In this document: positions 8,670-17,779 of the stretch, piece by piece
How positions within the stretch are numbered: the first letter of the stretch is position 1
How the letters are laid out: the number at the start of each line of letters is the position of its first letter
Origin: Candidatus Aminicenantales bacterium
GTDB taxonomy: Bacteria > Acidobacteriota > Aminicenantia > Aminicenantales > UBA4085
Assembly (NCBI GenBank): GCA_049515535.1
Contig: JBEKTZ010000003.1
Span: forward strand, 310,001-337,272
DNA length: 27,272 nt
Direction: 5' to 3'
Notes under the pieces: model-generated
Seen by the model: only the letters and a program-made list of their open reading frames with translations
Told to the model about the DNA's origin: nothing
Databases searched by the model: none
Program-made: the position numbers and the translations under genes

Positions 8670-10079
8670 TTACGGGCCAGGAAGGAAGACGCTGATCACG
8701 CTTCCCTTGGGACCGCTGGTCGCGGTCACGCGGCCGCCGTGGGCCTCGACGATCTTGCGGACGATGGACATTCCCAACCCGCTTCCCCCCGTGGCCTCGG
8801 TCCGCGACGGATCGACCCGGTAAAACCGCTCGAAGATCCGAGGCAAGTGTTCGGCCGGAATGCCGATTCCGGTGTCTTTGACCTCGATCGCCATCCCCCC
8901 ATCCGCCGACCGCGCAGCGACCGTCACGCTTCCATCGGGTCGATTATAGCGGACGGCGTTGTCGATCAGGTTGGAGAGGGCCAGACGGATTTGGGAAGGA
9001 TCGGCCAGGATCCGAAGTTTCGGGTCAATGTCCCGCTCGAGCCGCACCTTCCCGGCCTCTGCCTCGGGACGGATAGCGGCGAATATGATCTCGACGAACG
9101 GTGCCAGGGGGATCTCTTCTTTGGCCGGATGCGCTTTGCCCGCGTCCATCCGGGCCAGGAGAAGCAGATCTTCGATAACGGCCTGCATCGACCTGGCCGT
9201 CCGCCAATTGTCGCGGTGGGCCTCGATCAGCTCTTGATCTCCGCGGGGCCGCCGGAGCAGGACTTCGATCGTGTTGAGAATCGCCGCGACGGGCGTCCGC
9301 AACTCGTGCGAAGCGTCGGCGGTGAACTGTCGCTCCCGTTGGAAACCTTTTTCCAGCCGGTCGAGGGCGGCGTTCAACTGCTCGATCAGAGGGTGAAGCT
9401 CCGTATCGAACCCTTCCGGATCGATCCGCCGATCGAGCCGTGTTTCTGAAACTCCGGCCAGCGCCTTGTTGATGCGCCGGATGGGTCGCAGCGCCTTCCC
9501 GGCGAGAAGGAAGCTTCCTCCGCCCGCGATCAGGAACGCGGCCAGGGACAGGACGGCCAGCAGCGACACGAGCTCCCGCAGTTCCTTATTCGTCGGGGCC
9601 AGGGACTCGGCGCACTGGATCGTGACCGCGATCGTCGCATCGGGACGGGTCGCGCTTTTTTCGCTTGATTCCTTGTCGATTTCGATGCGGGCCACCCAGG
9701 TCGCCGTGCGAAAGGCTTCACCGCGGGCTGAACGCGCCGTCGCCCACTCAGGGATTGCCGCGTCCTTGGGGACCGACGGCCAGGGCAACTCCGAGGAGCG
9801 CGGCGATTGAAAGACGATCTTCCCGTTTTCATCCACGATTCTGAAAAGCGATGAGATCGCGGGCCGGGGGCCATTGTCTTCGGCCGGGTCGAAGGCCGGC
9901 TTCCCGCCGGCGATTTCCAGGCGCAGGACGACGGACTGGGATTCAGCGAAAAGCCGGCCATCCAGGATGTCCAGGAGGGCGTTGCGTTTCGCGATAAAAA
10001 TGAATACGTCGAAACTGAGGATGACCGCCGCGAGCACGAGCAGCGATCCGACGATCAATTTCAGACGAAGGGAACGCAT
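8670..10079 (-). CDS. Sensor histidine kinase (HAMP-HisKA-HATPase, CusS/QseC-like)
   Basis: Two TM segments, H-box ADASHELRTP, N-box NLIDNAVRY, G1 DTGIGI, F-box IFERFYR, G2 GSGLGMSI. Confidence 0.95.
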   Translation of the reverse strand: MRSLRLKLIVGSLLVLAAVILSFDVFIFIAKRNALLDILDGRLFAESQSVVLRLEIAGGKPAFDPAEDNGPRPAISSLFRIVDENGKIVFQSPRSSELPWPSVPKDAAIPEWATARSARGEAFRTATWVARIEIDKESSEKSATRPDATIAVTIQCAESLAPTNKELRELVSLLAVLSLAAFLIAGGGSFLLAGKALRPIRRINKALAGVSETRLDRRIDPEGFDTELHPLIEQLNAALDRLEKGFQRERQFTADASHELRTPVAAILNTIEVLLRRPRGDQELIEAHRDNWRTARSMQAVIEDLLLLARMDAGKAHPAKEEIPLAPFVEIIFAAIRPEAEAGKVRLERDIDPKLRILADPSQIRLALSNLIDNAVRYNRPDGSVTVAARSADGGMAIEVKDTGIGIPAEHLPRIFERFYRVDPSRTEATGGSGLGMSIVRKIVEAHGGRVTATSGPKGSVISVFLPGP

Positions 10080-10080
10080 C

Positions 10081-10752
10081 TTATTTCCCCTTAAGAAGAT
10101 AGCCCGCGCCCCGGACGGTATGGATCAAGGGGCGGAGCCCGGGCCGGTCGATTTTCTTGCGCAGCCGGCTGATGAATACGTCGATGATATTGCTCGTCTT
10201 GTCGTCCTGCCAATCATAGAGATGTTCCCAGATCTCGGAGCGGGGGACGATTTCGCCCGCCCGATGGGCGAGATACTCGAGGAGCGCGTATTCCTTGGGT
10301 TGCAGGGGGATGTCCCGCTCTCCCCGGATGACGGTGTGTGTGGCGGTGTCGATGTCCAGATCGGCCACGATCAAACGCGGGTTTTTCGTTTGGTACTTGC
10401 GCCGGAGCAAAGCCCGGATACGGGCCAGGAGCTCCTCGAAACTGAAAGGTTTCGTCAAATAATCGTCCGCCCCCGCGTTCAACCCCCTGACTTTGTCCTC
10501 CCGGGCGTCGCGCGCCGTTAAGATAAGGATATGCGTGGACAGGCCTTTGGCCCGGACCTTATTTAAAAGGGCCAAGCCGTCGATCTTCGGAAGCATGAGG
10601 TCCAGGACGACAACGTCATAATCGTTGGCTTCGGCCAGGAACAACCCTTCCTCGCCGTCCTCGGCCGTATCGACGGCGAACGCCTCCTCCTCCAGACCTT
10701 TTTTCAGGCTCTTGAGAAGGGCGCGGTTGTCCTCGACAATCAACAGTCTCAT
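10081..10752 (-). CDS. OmpR-family response regulator
   Basis: MRLLIVED, VVLDLMLP (phospho-Asp), LTARD, GADDYLTKPF and winged-helix C-terminus IHTVRGAGY. ATG at 10752 with GGAG RBS. Confidence 0.95.
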   Translation of the reverse strand: MRLLIVEDNRALLKSLKKGLEEEAFAVDTAEDGEEGLFLAEANDYDVVVLDLMLPKIDGLALLNKVRAKGLSTHILILTARDAREDKVRGLNAGADDYLTKPFSFEELLARIRALLRRKYQTKNPRLIVADLDIDTATHTVIRGERDIPLQPKEYALLEYLAHRAGEIVPRSEIWEHLYDWQDDKTSNIIDVFISRLRKKIDRPGLRPLIHTVRGAGYLLKGK

Positions 10753-10766
10753 GATAGCTCCGCTCA

Positions 10767-10801
10767 ATTATGCCACGATTCCTCATGAACGGACGATGAA
10801 T
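10767..10801 (-). promoter_or_regulatory. OmpR-type direct-repeat box plus -10 upstream of the response regulator (autoregulation)
   Basis: + strand TGAAC 10786-10790 and TGAAT 10797-10801; minus-strand TG-N-CATAAT ending at 10767. Confidence 0.7.
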
Positions 10802-10811
10802 AAGGAAGGGC

Positions 10812-11261
10812 CTATTTTTTCCAGCCGGCGATCTTCAGGGATTCCAGCGAGTTGAGTTCAGTAATGCTCGTCTGGTCCAGGAGAAAAGGCGTGATGGAGA
10901 TATATCCGTTGCGGACGGCCCACACGTCGGTCTTTTCGGTTCCCGCCTCGAGCGCCTTGAACGAGTTCAGGTAATAGACCTGGCCCAAGGAATCCACCTT
11001 GCGCGCGTAGGATTGATTGGATGGCCGCATGTCCTGGGGGACGACCATCATCCCCTTGATCTCGTCCTTGGGCAGGTTGGGAACGTTGACGTTGAGGAAT
11101 AGCCCCGGCTTCATGGGCTTTTCCCTGAGTGCCCGGATTAAATCGACGATGCCATCGGCCGCCGGCCCATAATCCATCGTCTGGCCGGAAAGCGGCGCGC
11201 CGCCGGCGAATAAGCAAAGGATCACGGCCAAAACGATGAAGAAGCGGGATCTGACGCTCAT
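10812..11261 (-). CDS. Signal peptide fused to only the C-terminal part of a SurE (5'/3'-nucleotidase)-like protein
   Basis: FLNVNVP, G.VYY and TDVWAVRNGYISITP..LDQT match the SurE C-terminus. The N-terminal NDDG and SGT catalytic motifs are absent. GGAGG RBS and an intact ORF. Confidence 0.65.
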   Translation of the reverse strand: MSVRSRFFIVLAVILCLFAGGAPLSGQTMDYGPAADGIVDLIRALREKPMKPGLFLNVNVPNLPKDEIKGMMVVPQDMRPSNQSYARKVDSLGQVYYLNSFKALEAGTEKTDVWAVRNGYISITPFLLDQTSITELNSLESLKIAGWKK

Positions 11262-11362
11262 CTCGACCTCCGTTCATTCCCAAAATATTTCAGACGCCCA
11301 AAAAATGTGCATTCTCCGCAAACTGTTTGGCTTTCAACTTGTTATAAAAAATTGTCTCCCAC

Positions 11363-11397
11363 TTATCCACAACCTTATGCACATTTTGTGTGGAAAA
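11363..11397. promoter_or_regulatory. Cluster of three DnaA boxes
   Basis: TTATCCACA 11363-11371, TTATGCACA 11375-11383 and inverted TGTGGAAAA 11389-11397 all fit TTWTNCACA. An AT-rich stretch lies to the left. Confidence 0.7.
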
Positions 11398-11427
11398 GGG
11401 GATCGTTCGCGTCCGCGGACGGCCGAT

Positions 11428-13827
11428 TCACTTTTTGTTTTTGACGTATTTATCGCACCACTCGATCATCTCGGCGAGGACGTGGAGCACGGATTCCCGG
11501 GCGCTATAGCCGTGGCGTTCATAGGGCAGCATGACCAGCCGGGCCGGGGCGCCGAATCCCTTGAGGGCGGCGAAAAGCCGCTCGGACTGGATCGGGAACG
11601 TGCCGGAGTTGTCGTCCATCTCGCCGTGGATCATGAGGATGGGCGTTTTGATCTTGTCGGCGAACATGAAGGGCGACATATTGATATAAGTGTCCTTCGC
11701 CTCCCACAGGGTCCGGCGCTCGCTCTGGAAGCCGAACGGCGTGAGCGTCCGGTTGTAGGCGCCGCTCCGGGCGATGCCGGCCGCGAACAAATCGCAATGA
11801 GCGAGCAGGTTCGCCGTCATGAACGCGCCGTAGCTGTGTCCGCCGACGGCGACGCGCTTCGGGTCGCCGACGCCCATCTGGTCGAGCTTGTCGATGGCGG
11901 CTTTGGCGTTGGCCACGATCTGCTTGATGAACGTGTCGTTCATAGTCTTGGGGTCGCCGATGACGGGCATAGTGGCGTTGTCCAGCACGGCGTATCCCTG
12001 GGTTACGTAGAAAAGCTCCGAGGTCCCTCGATAAAAGGTGAACCGGTTCACCGAACCGCGGACCTGGCCGGCCGTCGAAGCGTCGGCGTATTCGTAGGGA
12101 TAGGCCCAGATGACGACGGGGAGCCGCGTGCCTTCCTTATAATCAAAAGGCAGATAGAGCGTCCCGGACAGGTCCACGCCGTCGTCTCTCTTGTATTTGA
12201 CGAGTTCTTTCTTGATTTTGGTAAGCTGGGGCGCCGGATCCTTGAAGTCCGTCAGGGTCTGCCTTTTCTTCGTCTTGAGGTCGAGGATGTAATAATTCGG
12301 GGGCTCGGTCCTGGATTCGGAGATGATGATGATCCGGTCGCGGGACGTCCCGTCGAAATCGATGAAGGCATCATAAGTCGGGTCGGCGCACTGGAACAGG
12401 CGCTCTTTCTTGAGCGTCTTGAGGTTCATCCTGTCCAGGAAGGGATGATCGCCCTGGGGGGAAGCCCCTGTCCCGGAGAGATAGATCCAGTCCTTATCCT
12501 GAAGGACTAAGCGGTCGCCCGTTTTCGTCGCGGCCGTAACGGGAGAGCCCGGATCGCTGTACTGATCCTGGGTGCTCAGGTCGAAGATCTTGCGGGGCGG
12601 CGTTTGGGGCTGGTCGATGTTGACGAGATAAGTCGTCCTCCATCTCTTTTTCCAATTGCTTTCCGAGGCAAAGGCGAGGCCCGGAGTCGAAAACCAGGTC
12701 AAGCCGCCGGCGCGGTGCTGGAGTTTGAGGACTTCTTTCGCTTCGCCCGTGAACGGAGACGGCAGGACCATGAACTTATCCCGGAACGGAACTTCCTTTT
12801 CCGGGTCGCCGCCGTCGAGCGCTTCGATCCAGATCATCGTGGACGGTTTCGTCGGCTGCCAGTCGAGGCTGCGCGGCCCGGTCGGCACGCCGTTCATCGG
12901 TATGCCCTCGTTCGCGGGAAGGTCGGCGACGACCTTGATCAGGCCGCCGTTTTTGTCCCATATCTCGTAAGCCCGGGCGAAGCTCGAATAAGGGAGGCTG
13001 TAAGAATACGGCTTCTTGATTCGGGTGACGATGAGATAATTTCCGTCGGGCGAGGGATTGACCCCCGTATAGATGCCGGGACCGCCGATCTTGCGGGTCT
13101 GGCCGGTTGTGAGATCGATCTCGACGATCTGGCTGGTCGCGTAGTAATCGAACAGCATCTCGTCGTAGGGAGTCTTGAGAAGGTCCTCGTAAGTGGCGGA
13201 CTTCGTCGCCTTGCCCGTGGAAACCTGGATGTTGGGGCCGATGGGAATGCGCGGCGCTTCGGGTTCCTTGCCTCGTCCTTCCGGGATCATGTGGAGGAGG
13301 ACATGCTTGTTGTCGGGCAGCCAGGAGATTCCGCCCCCGACGACCATGTTCAGCGTCGGCGGCGTCAGGGCCTTGGCCTCGCCGGTGGCGGCATTGACCA
13401 TCCAGAGCTCGATGCCGTTGTCCAGGTAGCGGGCGAAGACGGCGCATGAGCCGTCGGCCGACCAGCGCGGGGCCGTGAATTTGATGCCGGCCGGAAGGGC
13501 GATTTTCTTGGTCGTCCCGTCTTTGACCTTCTTGAGGGTGAGGCCGGTGCTGAAGGACAGCACCTGCACGCTGTTGGTCATGGGCGTGATCCGGATCCCG
13601 GCGATGCGGTAGATGGGCTGGGAAATGTAGGCGATCGCGGGCATGGACTCGGATTCGATGAGGAGCATCGTGTCGCGGGCCGGATTCAAGGAGACGCGAG
13701 GCGTCGGCGGCGCGTCGAGGATATCCATGACGACCTTGGGCGGGAGCTTATAAGGCTCCTGGGCGAACGCTATGAATTGAAAGAGAAAGACCAGGGCCAA
13801 AGAGATCAAAATCAGACGCTTTTTCAT
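11428..13827 (-). CDS. S9 family serine peptidase (prolyl oligopeptidase clan, glutamyl endopeptidase-like), secreted
   Basis: Nucleophile GGHSYGAFM, IARSGAYNRTLTPFGFQSE, HGEMDDN (Asp) and ERHGY (His); beta-propeller N-terminal part; signal peptide from ATG 13827 with AAAGGAGG RBS. Confidence 0.9.
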   Translation of the reverse strand: MKKRLILISLALVFLFQFIAFAQEPYKLPPKVVMDILDAPPTPRVSLNPARDTMLLIESESMPAIAYISQPIYRIAGIRITPMTNSVQVLSFSTGLTLKKVKDGTTKKIALPAGIKFTAPRWSADGSCAVFARYLDNGIELWMVNAATGEAKALTPPTLNMVVGGGISWLPDNKHVLLHMIPEGRGKEPEAPRIPIGPNIQVSTGKATKSATYEDLLKTPYDEMLFDYYATSQIVEIDLTTGQTRKIGGPGIYTGVNPSPDGNYLIVTRIKKPYSYSLPYSSFARAYEIWDKNGGLIKVVADLPANEGIPMNGVPTGPRSLDWQPTKPSTMIWIEALDGGDPEKEVPFRDKFMVLPSPFTGEAKEVLKLQHRAGGLTWFSTPGLAFASESNWKKRWRTTYLVNIDQPQTPPRKIFDLSTQDQYSDPGSPVTAATKTGDRLVLQDKDWIYLSGTGASPQGDHPFLDRMNLKTLKKERLFQCADPTYDAFIDFDGTSRDRIIIISESRTEPPNYYILDLKTKKRQTLTDFKDPAPQLTKIKKELVKYKRDDGVDLSGTLYLPFDYKEGTRLPVVIWAYPYEYADASTAGQVRGSVNRFTFYRGTSELFYVTQGYAVLDNATMPVIGDPKTMNDTFIKQIVANAKAAIDKLDQMGVGDPKRVAVGGHSYGAFMTANLLAHCDLFAAGIARSGAYNRTLTPFGFQSERRTLWEAKDTYINMSPFMFADKIKTPILMIHGEMDDNSGTFPIQSERLFAALKGFGAPARLVMLPYERHGYSARESVLHVLAEMIEWCDKYVKNKK

Positions 13828-13928
13828 GGATCCTCCTTTGTCGATGATGGCGAAGTCAAGACGCATCTTTTATATCCCAAACCCGTCCCGGATTTCAAAT
13901 AAAAATAGAAAGGTCCCGGAACCATCCT

Positions 13929-13957
13929 TTGACTAACGCGCGCCGGGAAAATATAAT
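13929..13957 (+). promoter_or_regulatory. sigma70 promoter for the amidohydrolase
   Basis: TTGACT 13929-13934, 17 nt, TATAAT 13952-13957. Confidence 0.65.
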
Positions 13958-13996
13958 TGGAGGCTCTTGATCGCCCTTAAATTCTCCGGAGGACGC

Positions 13997-15775
13997 ATGG
14001 GAAAGACAGCGAGATTTTTCATTTATGCTTTTTTGGCCGGATATGTCATCTCGGGATTCGCGGGCTGCGCCAAAAAACCCGCGCCAGCCGGCCTCGTTCT
14101 TTTGAACGGCGACGTCTATACCGTCAATCCGGCCTTCCCCAGGGCCCGGGCCGTTGTCGTCACGGGGAACACGATCACGGCGGTCTGCGAATCCGATCGG
14201 GAGGCGAAAAGATATATCGGTCCCAGGACGCGCGTCATCGATCTCGGCGGAAAATTCGTCCTGCCCGGCATCATCGACGGCCATGTCCATTTTTCAGCGG
14301 CCGGGGCCATGATCAACGGAGCCAATCTGTTGACCGTATCCAACGAAGAGGGACTGCGCGCGGAGATCCGGCGGGTCGTCGATTTGCTCGATGACGACGA
14401 ATGGATTACCGATGGGCTTTGGGGCGCCTATGAGCAATGGGCCCTGGGCGATGCCGGCCGAAGCGCGAAGGAAAAGAAAACCCCCTGGCGGCCAAACCTG
14501 AAAATGATCGACGACATCACACCCAACCATCCCTGCTTTCTTTGCCGTTTCGATCGGAAAGAATGGCTGGCCAACACGTCCGGGCTCAAGGCGGCCGGGC
14601 TTGACGTGCTGCGGCTCCCCGGCATGGAGATCGGCGCCGACGGCCGGCCCACAGGCATCATTTTCCGGCCTTCGGCGGCGTTCGACAAGATGTCCAGGGC
14701 GATCAAACCGAAATCCGACATGCGGCTGCTCGATGAAAGCCGGGCCGCCCTCCAGGCGCTGCGCGAAGCGGGCATCACCGAAGTCCACGACATCGAAACT
14801 CCAGATCAGACGAAGCGTTTCATCGAGCTCGAAGCCAACGGCGAGCTGACCTGTCGGGTCTGGCTGCGGCCCGATCTGTCCCGCGGCGCGGAGCTCAAGG
14901 CCCAGGGGTTTACGATGGGCCTCCATCCCCGGACGAAGCAGAAGAGCTCGTTCCTTCGCTATGGCGCCCTCAAGGGTTATATCGACGGGATCATGGGAGA
15001 TCACGGCGCGCTTTTCTTCGAGCCGTACAGCGACCAGCCCGGGAACTTCGGCCATTGGCGCGTTCATACGTCGGACGATCCCGATCTCAAGGTCGGGAAC
15101 ATGGAAAAAATGTACGGACTCATCAAGACCGGCTTGGACGCCGGCTTCGTTCCTAACGTCCACGCCATCGGCGACCGGGGCGTGGCTGAAATGCTCGATC
15201 TCTACGAGCGGCTGAAGAAGGAGTTGGGAATCGACCTCAAGGGATTTCGCGTGATTCACGCCCAGGTCGTCCGGCCCCAGGATTTCCCGCGGTTCAAAGC
15301 GCTGAACGTGATCGCCGAAGTCAATCCGTATCATATCTCGGACGACATGCGCTGGATGGAAGAGCGGATCGGGCATGAACGGGCCAAGGGCGCCTATGCT
15401 TTCAAATCGCTCCTCGAGAACGGTGCGACGCTCTGCTTCGGCTCGGACTGGCCGGGGACGAACGCCGCTCTTTACCGGATGCATCCAAAATTCCTGATTT
15501 ACGCGGCCGTGACGCGAAAAACGCTCAAGGGCGAGCCGAAGGACGGCTGGTTTCCGGAACAGAAGATATCGGTTGAGGAAGCGATCAGAGCTTACACGAT
15601 CAATAACGCCTACGCGGCGTTCGAGGATAAGATTCGGGGAAGCCTCGAGGCCGGAAAACTCGCGGACATCACGATCTTCGACCGGAATCTGATCAAGATC
15701 GCGCCGGAGGATATCCTGAAGGCCGAGGTCACGCACACCATCGTGGATGGGAAGATCGTGTTCATGAAGAAATGA
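13997..15775 (+). CDS. Amidohydrolase (Amidohydro_3, YtcJ-like), probable lipoprotein
   Basis: PGIIDGHVH metal motif, KGYIDG, HAIGDRG, RVIHAQ, FGSDWP, GSLEAGKLAD; lipobox FAGC; ATG 13997 after GGAGG. Confidence 0.9.
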   Translation: MGKTARFFIYAFLAGYVISGFAGCAKKPAPAGLVLLNGDVYTVNPAFPRARAVVVTGNTITAVCESDREAKRYIGPRTRVIDLGGKFVLPGIIDGHVHFSAAGAMINGANLLTVSNEEGLRAEIRRVVDLLDDDEWITDGLWGAYEQWALGDAGRSAKEKKTPWRPNLKMIDDITPNHPCFLCRFDRKEWLANTSGLKAAGLDVLRLPGMEIGADGRPTGIIFRPSAAFDKMSRAIKPKSDMRLLDESRAALQALREAGITEVHDIETPDQTKRFIELEANGELTCRVWLRPDLSRGAELKAQGFTMGLHPRTKQKSSFLRYGALKGYIDGIMGDHGALFFEPYSDQPGNFGHWRVHTSDDPDLKVGNMEKMYGLIKTGLDAGFVPNVHAIGDRGVAEMLDLYERLKKELGIDLKGFRVIHAQVVRPQDFPRFKALNVIAEVNPYHISDDMRWMEERIGHERAKGAYAFKSLLENGATLCFGSDWPGTNAALYRMHPKFLIYAAVTRKTLKGEPKDGWFPEQKISVEEAIRAYTINNAYAAFEDKIRGSLEAGKLADITIFDRNLIKIAPEDILKAEVTHTIVDGKIVFMKK

Positions 15776-15807
15776 CGTCAAGTCGTCCTGGCCCGGCCTC
15801 CCGGCCT

Positions 15808-16233
15808 TCAACTCACCCGAACGGACTTGATTCTGCCCGTTATGGCCAGCGTGATTTTGTATTTTCCCCGGACGTTCGAGACGGTAATCGTCGCGAGCCC
15901 GGAGACCGTTCCTTCCGGCGTGAAGAGGGGAGCGTTGTTCGCCTCGACGGTCGCGCCTTCCAATGTCCGCCTCCCCACCGGATTCCATTTCTTTGCGGTG
16001 TCGTCATATCTTTCGACGGTGTAGCCGTTATCTGAAAATCTGACCCGGTAAGAGACGCCTTCGAACAGGGATTTGTACCGGGCCGCGTTCAAGGCCGACC
16101 GAATTTCCCACACGGCTTTTTCCAATTGGTATTTGGGGATGAGGCTGAGGAACGATGTCGAAGCCAGATAGACGATCATGGATAGAATCGCCGTTGCCAG
16201 ACCCGCCTCCAGAAGAGTGAAGCCTTTTTTCAT
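15808..16233 (-). CDS. Prepilin/pseudopilin, FimT/GspH-like
   Basis: Class III signal KKG|FTLLE, hydrophobic helix, and F.PEG plus C-terminal TGRIK typical of GspH/FimT. Confidence 0.8.
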   Translation of the reverse strand: MKKGFTLLEAGLATAILSMIVYLASTSFLSLIPKYQLEKAVWEIRSALNAARYKSLFEGVSYRVRFSDNGYTVERYDDTAKKWNPVGRRTLEGATVEANNAPLFTPEGTVSGLATITVSNVRGKYKITLAITGRIKSVRVS

Positions 16234-17778
16234 TTAATGTTCATTCCACGATAGGGGTTTGAGCGAAAGGACGAAAAGCATGGGACAGCTCGTGGCGGGA
16301 CCGTTTTGCGGCAGGACCCTGTTTTCGAGGAGCCGCTCGTCGGGCGCGATTTTCATGGCGTTTCCGTTCAGGAGGAGTTCCCCCGTCTGAAGACTACCTG
16401 CCAGCGCGAGCGTTTTTTGAGCGCCTCCAACCTCAATGGAATTCTTGGCCGCCAGCGCCGCCTGGATTTTCATCTCCGCCGGGGCGCTCGGATCGATGAA
16501 GATTTTGCCGTTTTTCTCCGTGCCTTCGATGAAATCCCTGCCGTCGGCATAGATCATGAGTTGCGAAGTGGAGTCTTTGAGGTAGGGGATGCCGTCGAGC
16601 CACTTGACGCCTTGCTGGATAAGATGGGAGGACAGGGTGACTTGGTCCGCTGAAACGATGGAGAGCGAAACTCCCTGAAGGACGCAGGGGATCGCCTGGT
16701 CCTTCATGAGCTCGATCCGGCCGGCGGCATCGACGATCCCGCCGCCCAGCGACCGGATACAACCGTTGACCATGACGATGCCCAAAGGGACGCGGTCGAA
16801 TTCCCGGGTTTCCGCCGGCGTGATAAAGAACGTTTTACCTTGAGACGGATTGAACTTCAGGATCCACGAGTCCTCTCCCCGCCGGAACGAGATGACCTGG
16901 AAACCGCCGTCCACGGCCAAAATCAATTCGTCGACGTCTCCCTGGGCATAGATTCCGCCGAGTCCCATGTCGCTGCTGATTAAATAGATCCCCTCCGGCA
17001 CGGGCTCATTGACCATTTCCAGGCCGAGCGCGGACCTCAACTCCGCCCGGGTGAGCTTCGCGGGCGACAAGATCTTGACGGCGAGAGCTTTTTTCAATAA
17101 GGGATCGACATTTTCGGGCATGATGGAGGCCTCGGCGAAATTCAATCCGGGGATGACCTGGTTCTTCGCCGGCGGAATCAGGGTGATATTCCGGTTTCGC
17201 AGGAAATCCCGTTTTTCCTCGGGAGAGAGATTTCCCGTTATGAGCATGGGGAAATAGGCCAGGGGGATATGCCCCGCCAAAATTTTGAGGGAGACGTCGA
17301 GAGACGCCGTTTTCTTGGGGGGAAGGTCGAGCAGCCGGCCCTCGGAAGCGATCGTGCCTTTGAAGTCAGCCAGCCAATAATCTCCGCTCGAGCTGAATGA
17401 ACTCAAGGAAAAATCAACGGACGACCGCCAGCTTTCATCGCCTGCCGTTTCCTCGATGAGGAGCGGAAAAACATGGCCCAGGGCCTCTTCCACGATCCCG
17501 GTTTTTCCGGCCTGGGTATCGCCGCGGAGGAGGGCGTAATGCTCTTCCGAGCAGACCGCGGGGGCCGTTCGGCCGGCCGCCATTTCGGCGATGGATCCGA
17601 ATCCCCGTTTGATCCCGTTCTCCGAGGCATAGGCCACCAGCGTCAGATTTTTTTTGAGAGCGCCGAGTTTCAGATAGACCTGGGAGATATAGATAAGGCC
17701 AAGCCCCAGGGTCGAAAAGAGGCAATAAACGAAGACCGTGAGAAGCGTCATGGAACCGCGTTCCCCATATTTTTTCAT
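16234..17778 (-). CDS. Large minor pilin, PilX/GspK-like
   Basis: ERG|SMTLL N-terminus without Glu5 followed by a hydrophobic helix; 514 aa; located within the pilin operon. Confidence 0.65.
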   Translation of the reverse strand: MKKYGERGSMTLLTVFVYCLFSTLGLGLIYISQVYLKLGALKKNLTLVAYASENGIKRGFGSIAEMAAGRTAPAVCSEEHYALLRGDTQAGKTGIVEEALGHVFPLLIEETAGDESWRSSVDFSLSSFSSSGDYWLADFKGTIASEGRLLDLPPKKTASLDVSLKILAGHIPLAYFPMLITGNLSPEEKRDFLRNRNITLIPPAKNQVIPGLNFAEASIMPENVDPLLKKALAVKILSPAKLTRAELRSALGLEMVNEPVPEGIYLISSDMGLGGIYAQGDVDELILAVDGGFQVISFRRGEDSWILKFNPSQGKTFFITPAETREFDRVPLGIVMVNGCIRSLGGGIVDAAGRIELMKDQAIPCVLQGVSLSIVSADQVTLSSHLIQQGVKWLDGIPYLKDSTSQLMIYADGRDFIEGTEKNGKIFIDPSAPAEMKIQAALAAKNSIEVGGAQKTLALAGSLQTGELLLNGNAMKIAPDERLLENRVLPQNGPATSCPMLFVLSLKPLSWNEH

Positions 17779-17779
17779 T

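Noticed and set aside
11266..11278. Fourth response-regulator box (CCGTTCAT)
   Set aside because: A single half-site in the opposite orientation that overlaps the GGAGG RBS, with no matching -10.
6475..15988. Long antisense/alternate-frame ORFs (e.g. 7411..8589+, 11236..12510+, 14294..15988-)
   Set aside because: Shadows of well-supported genes in GC-rich DNA, with no recognisable motifs.
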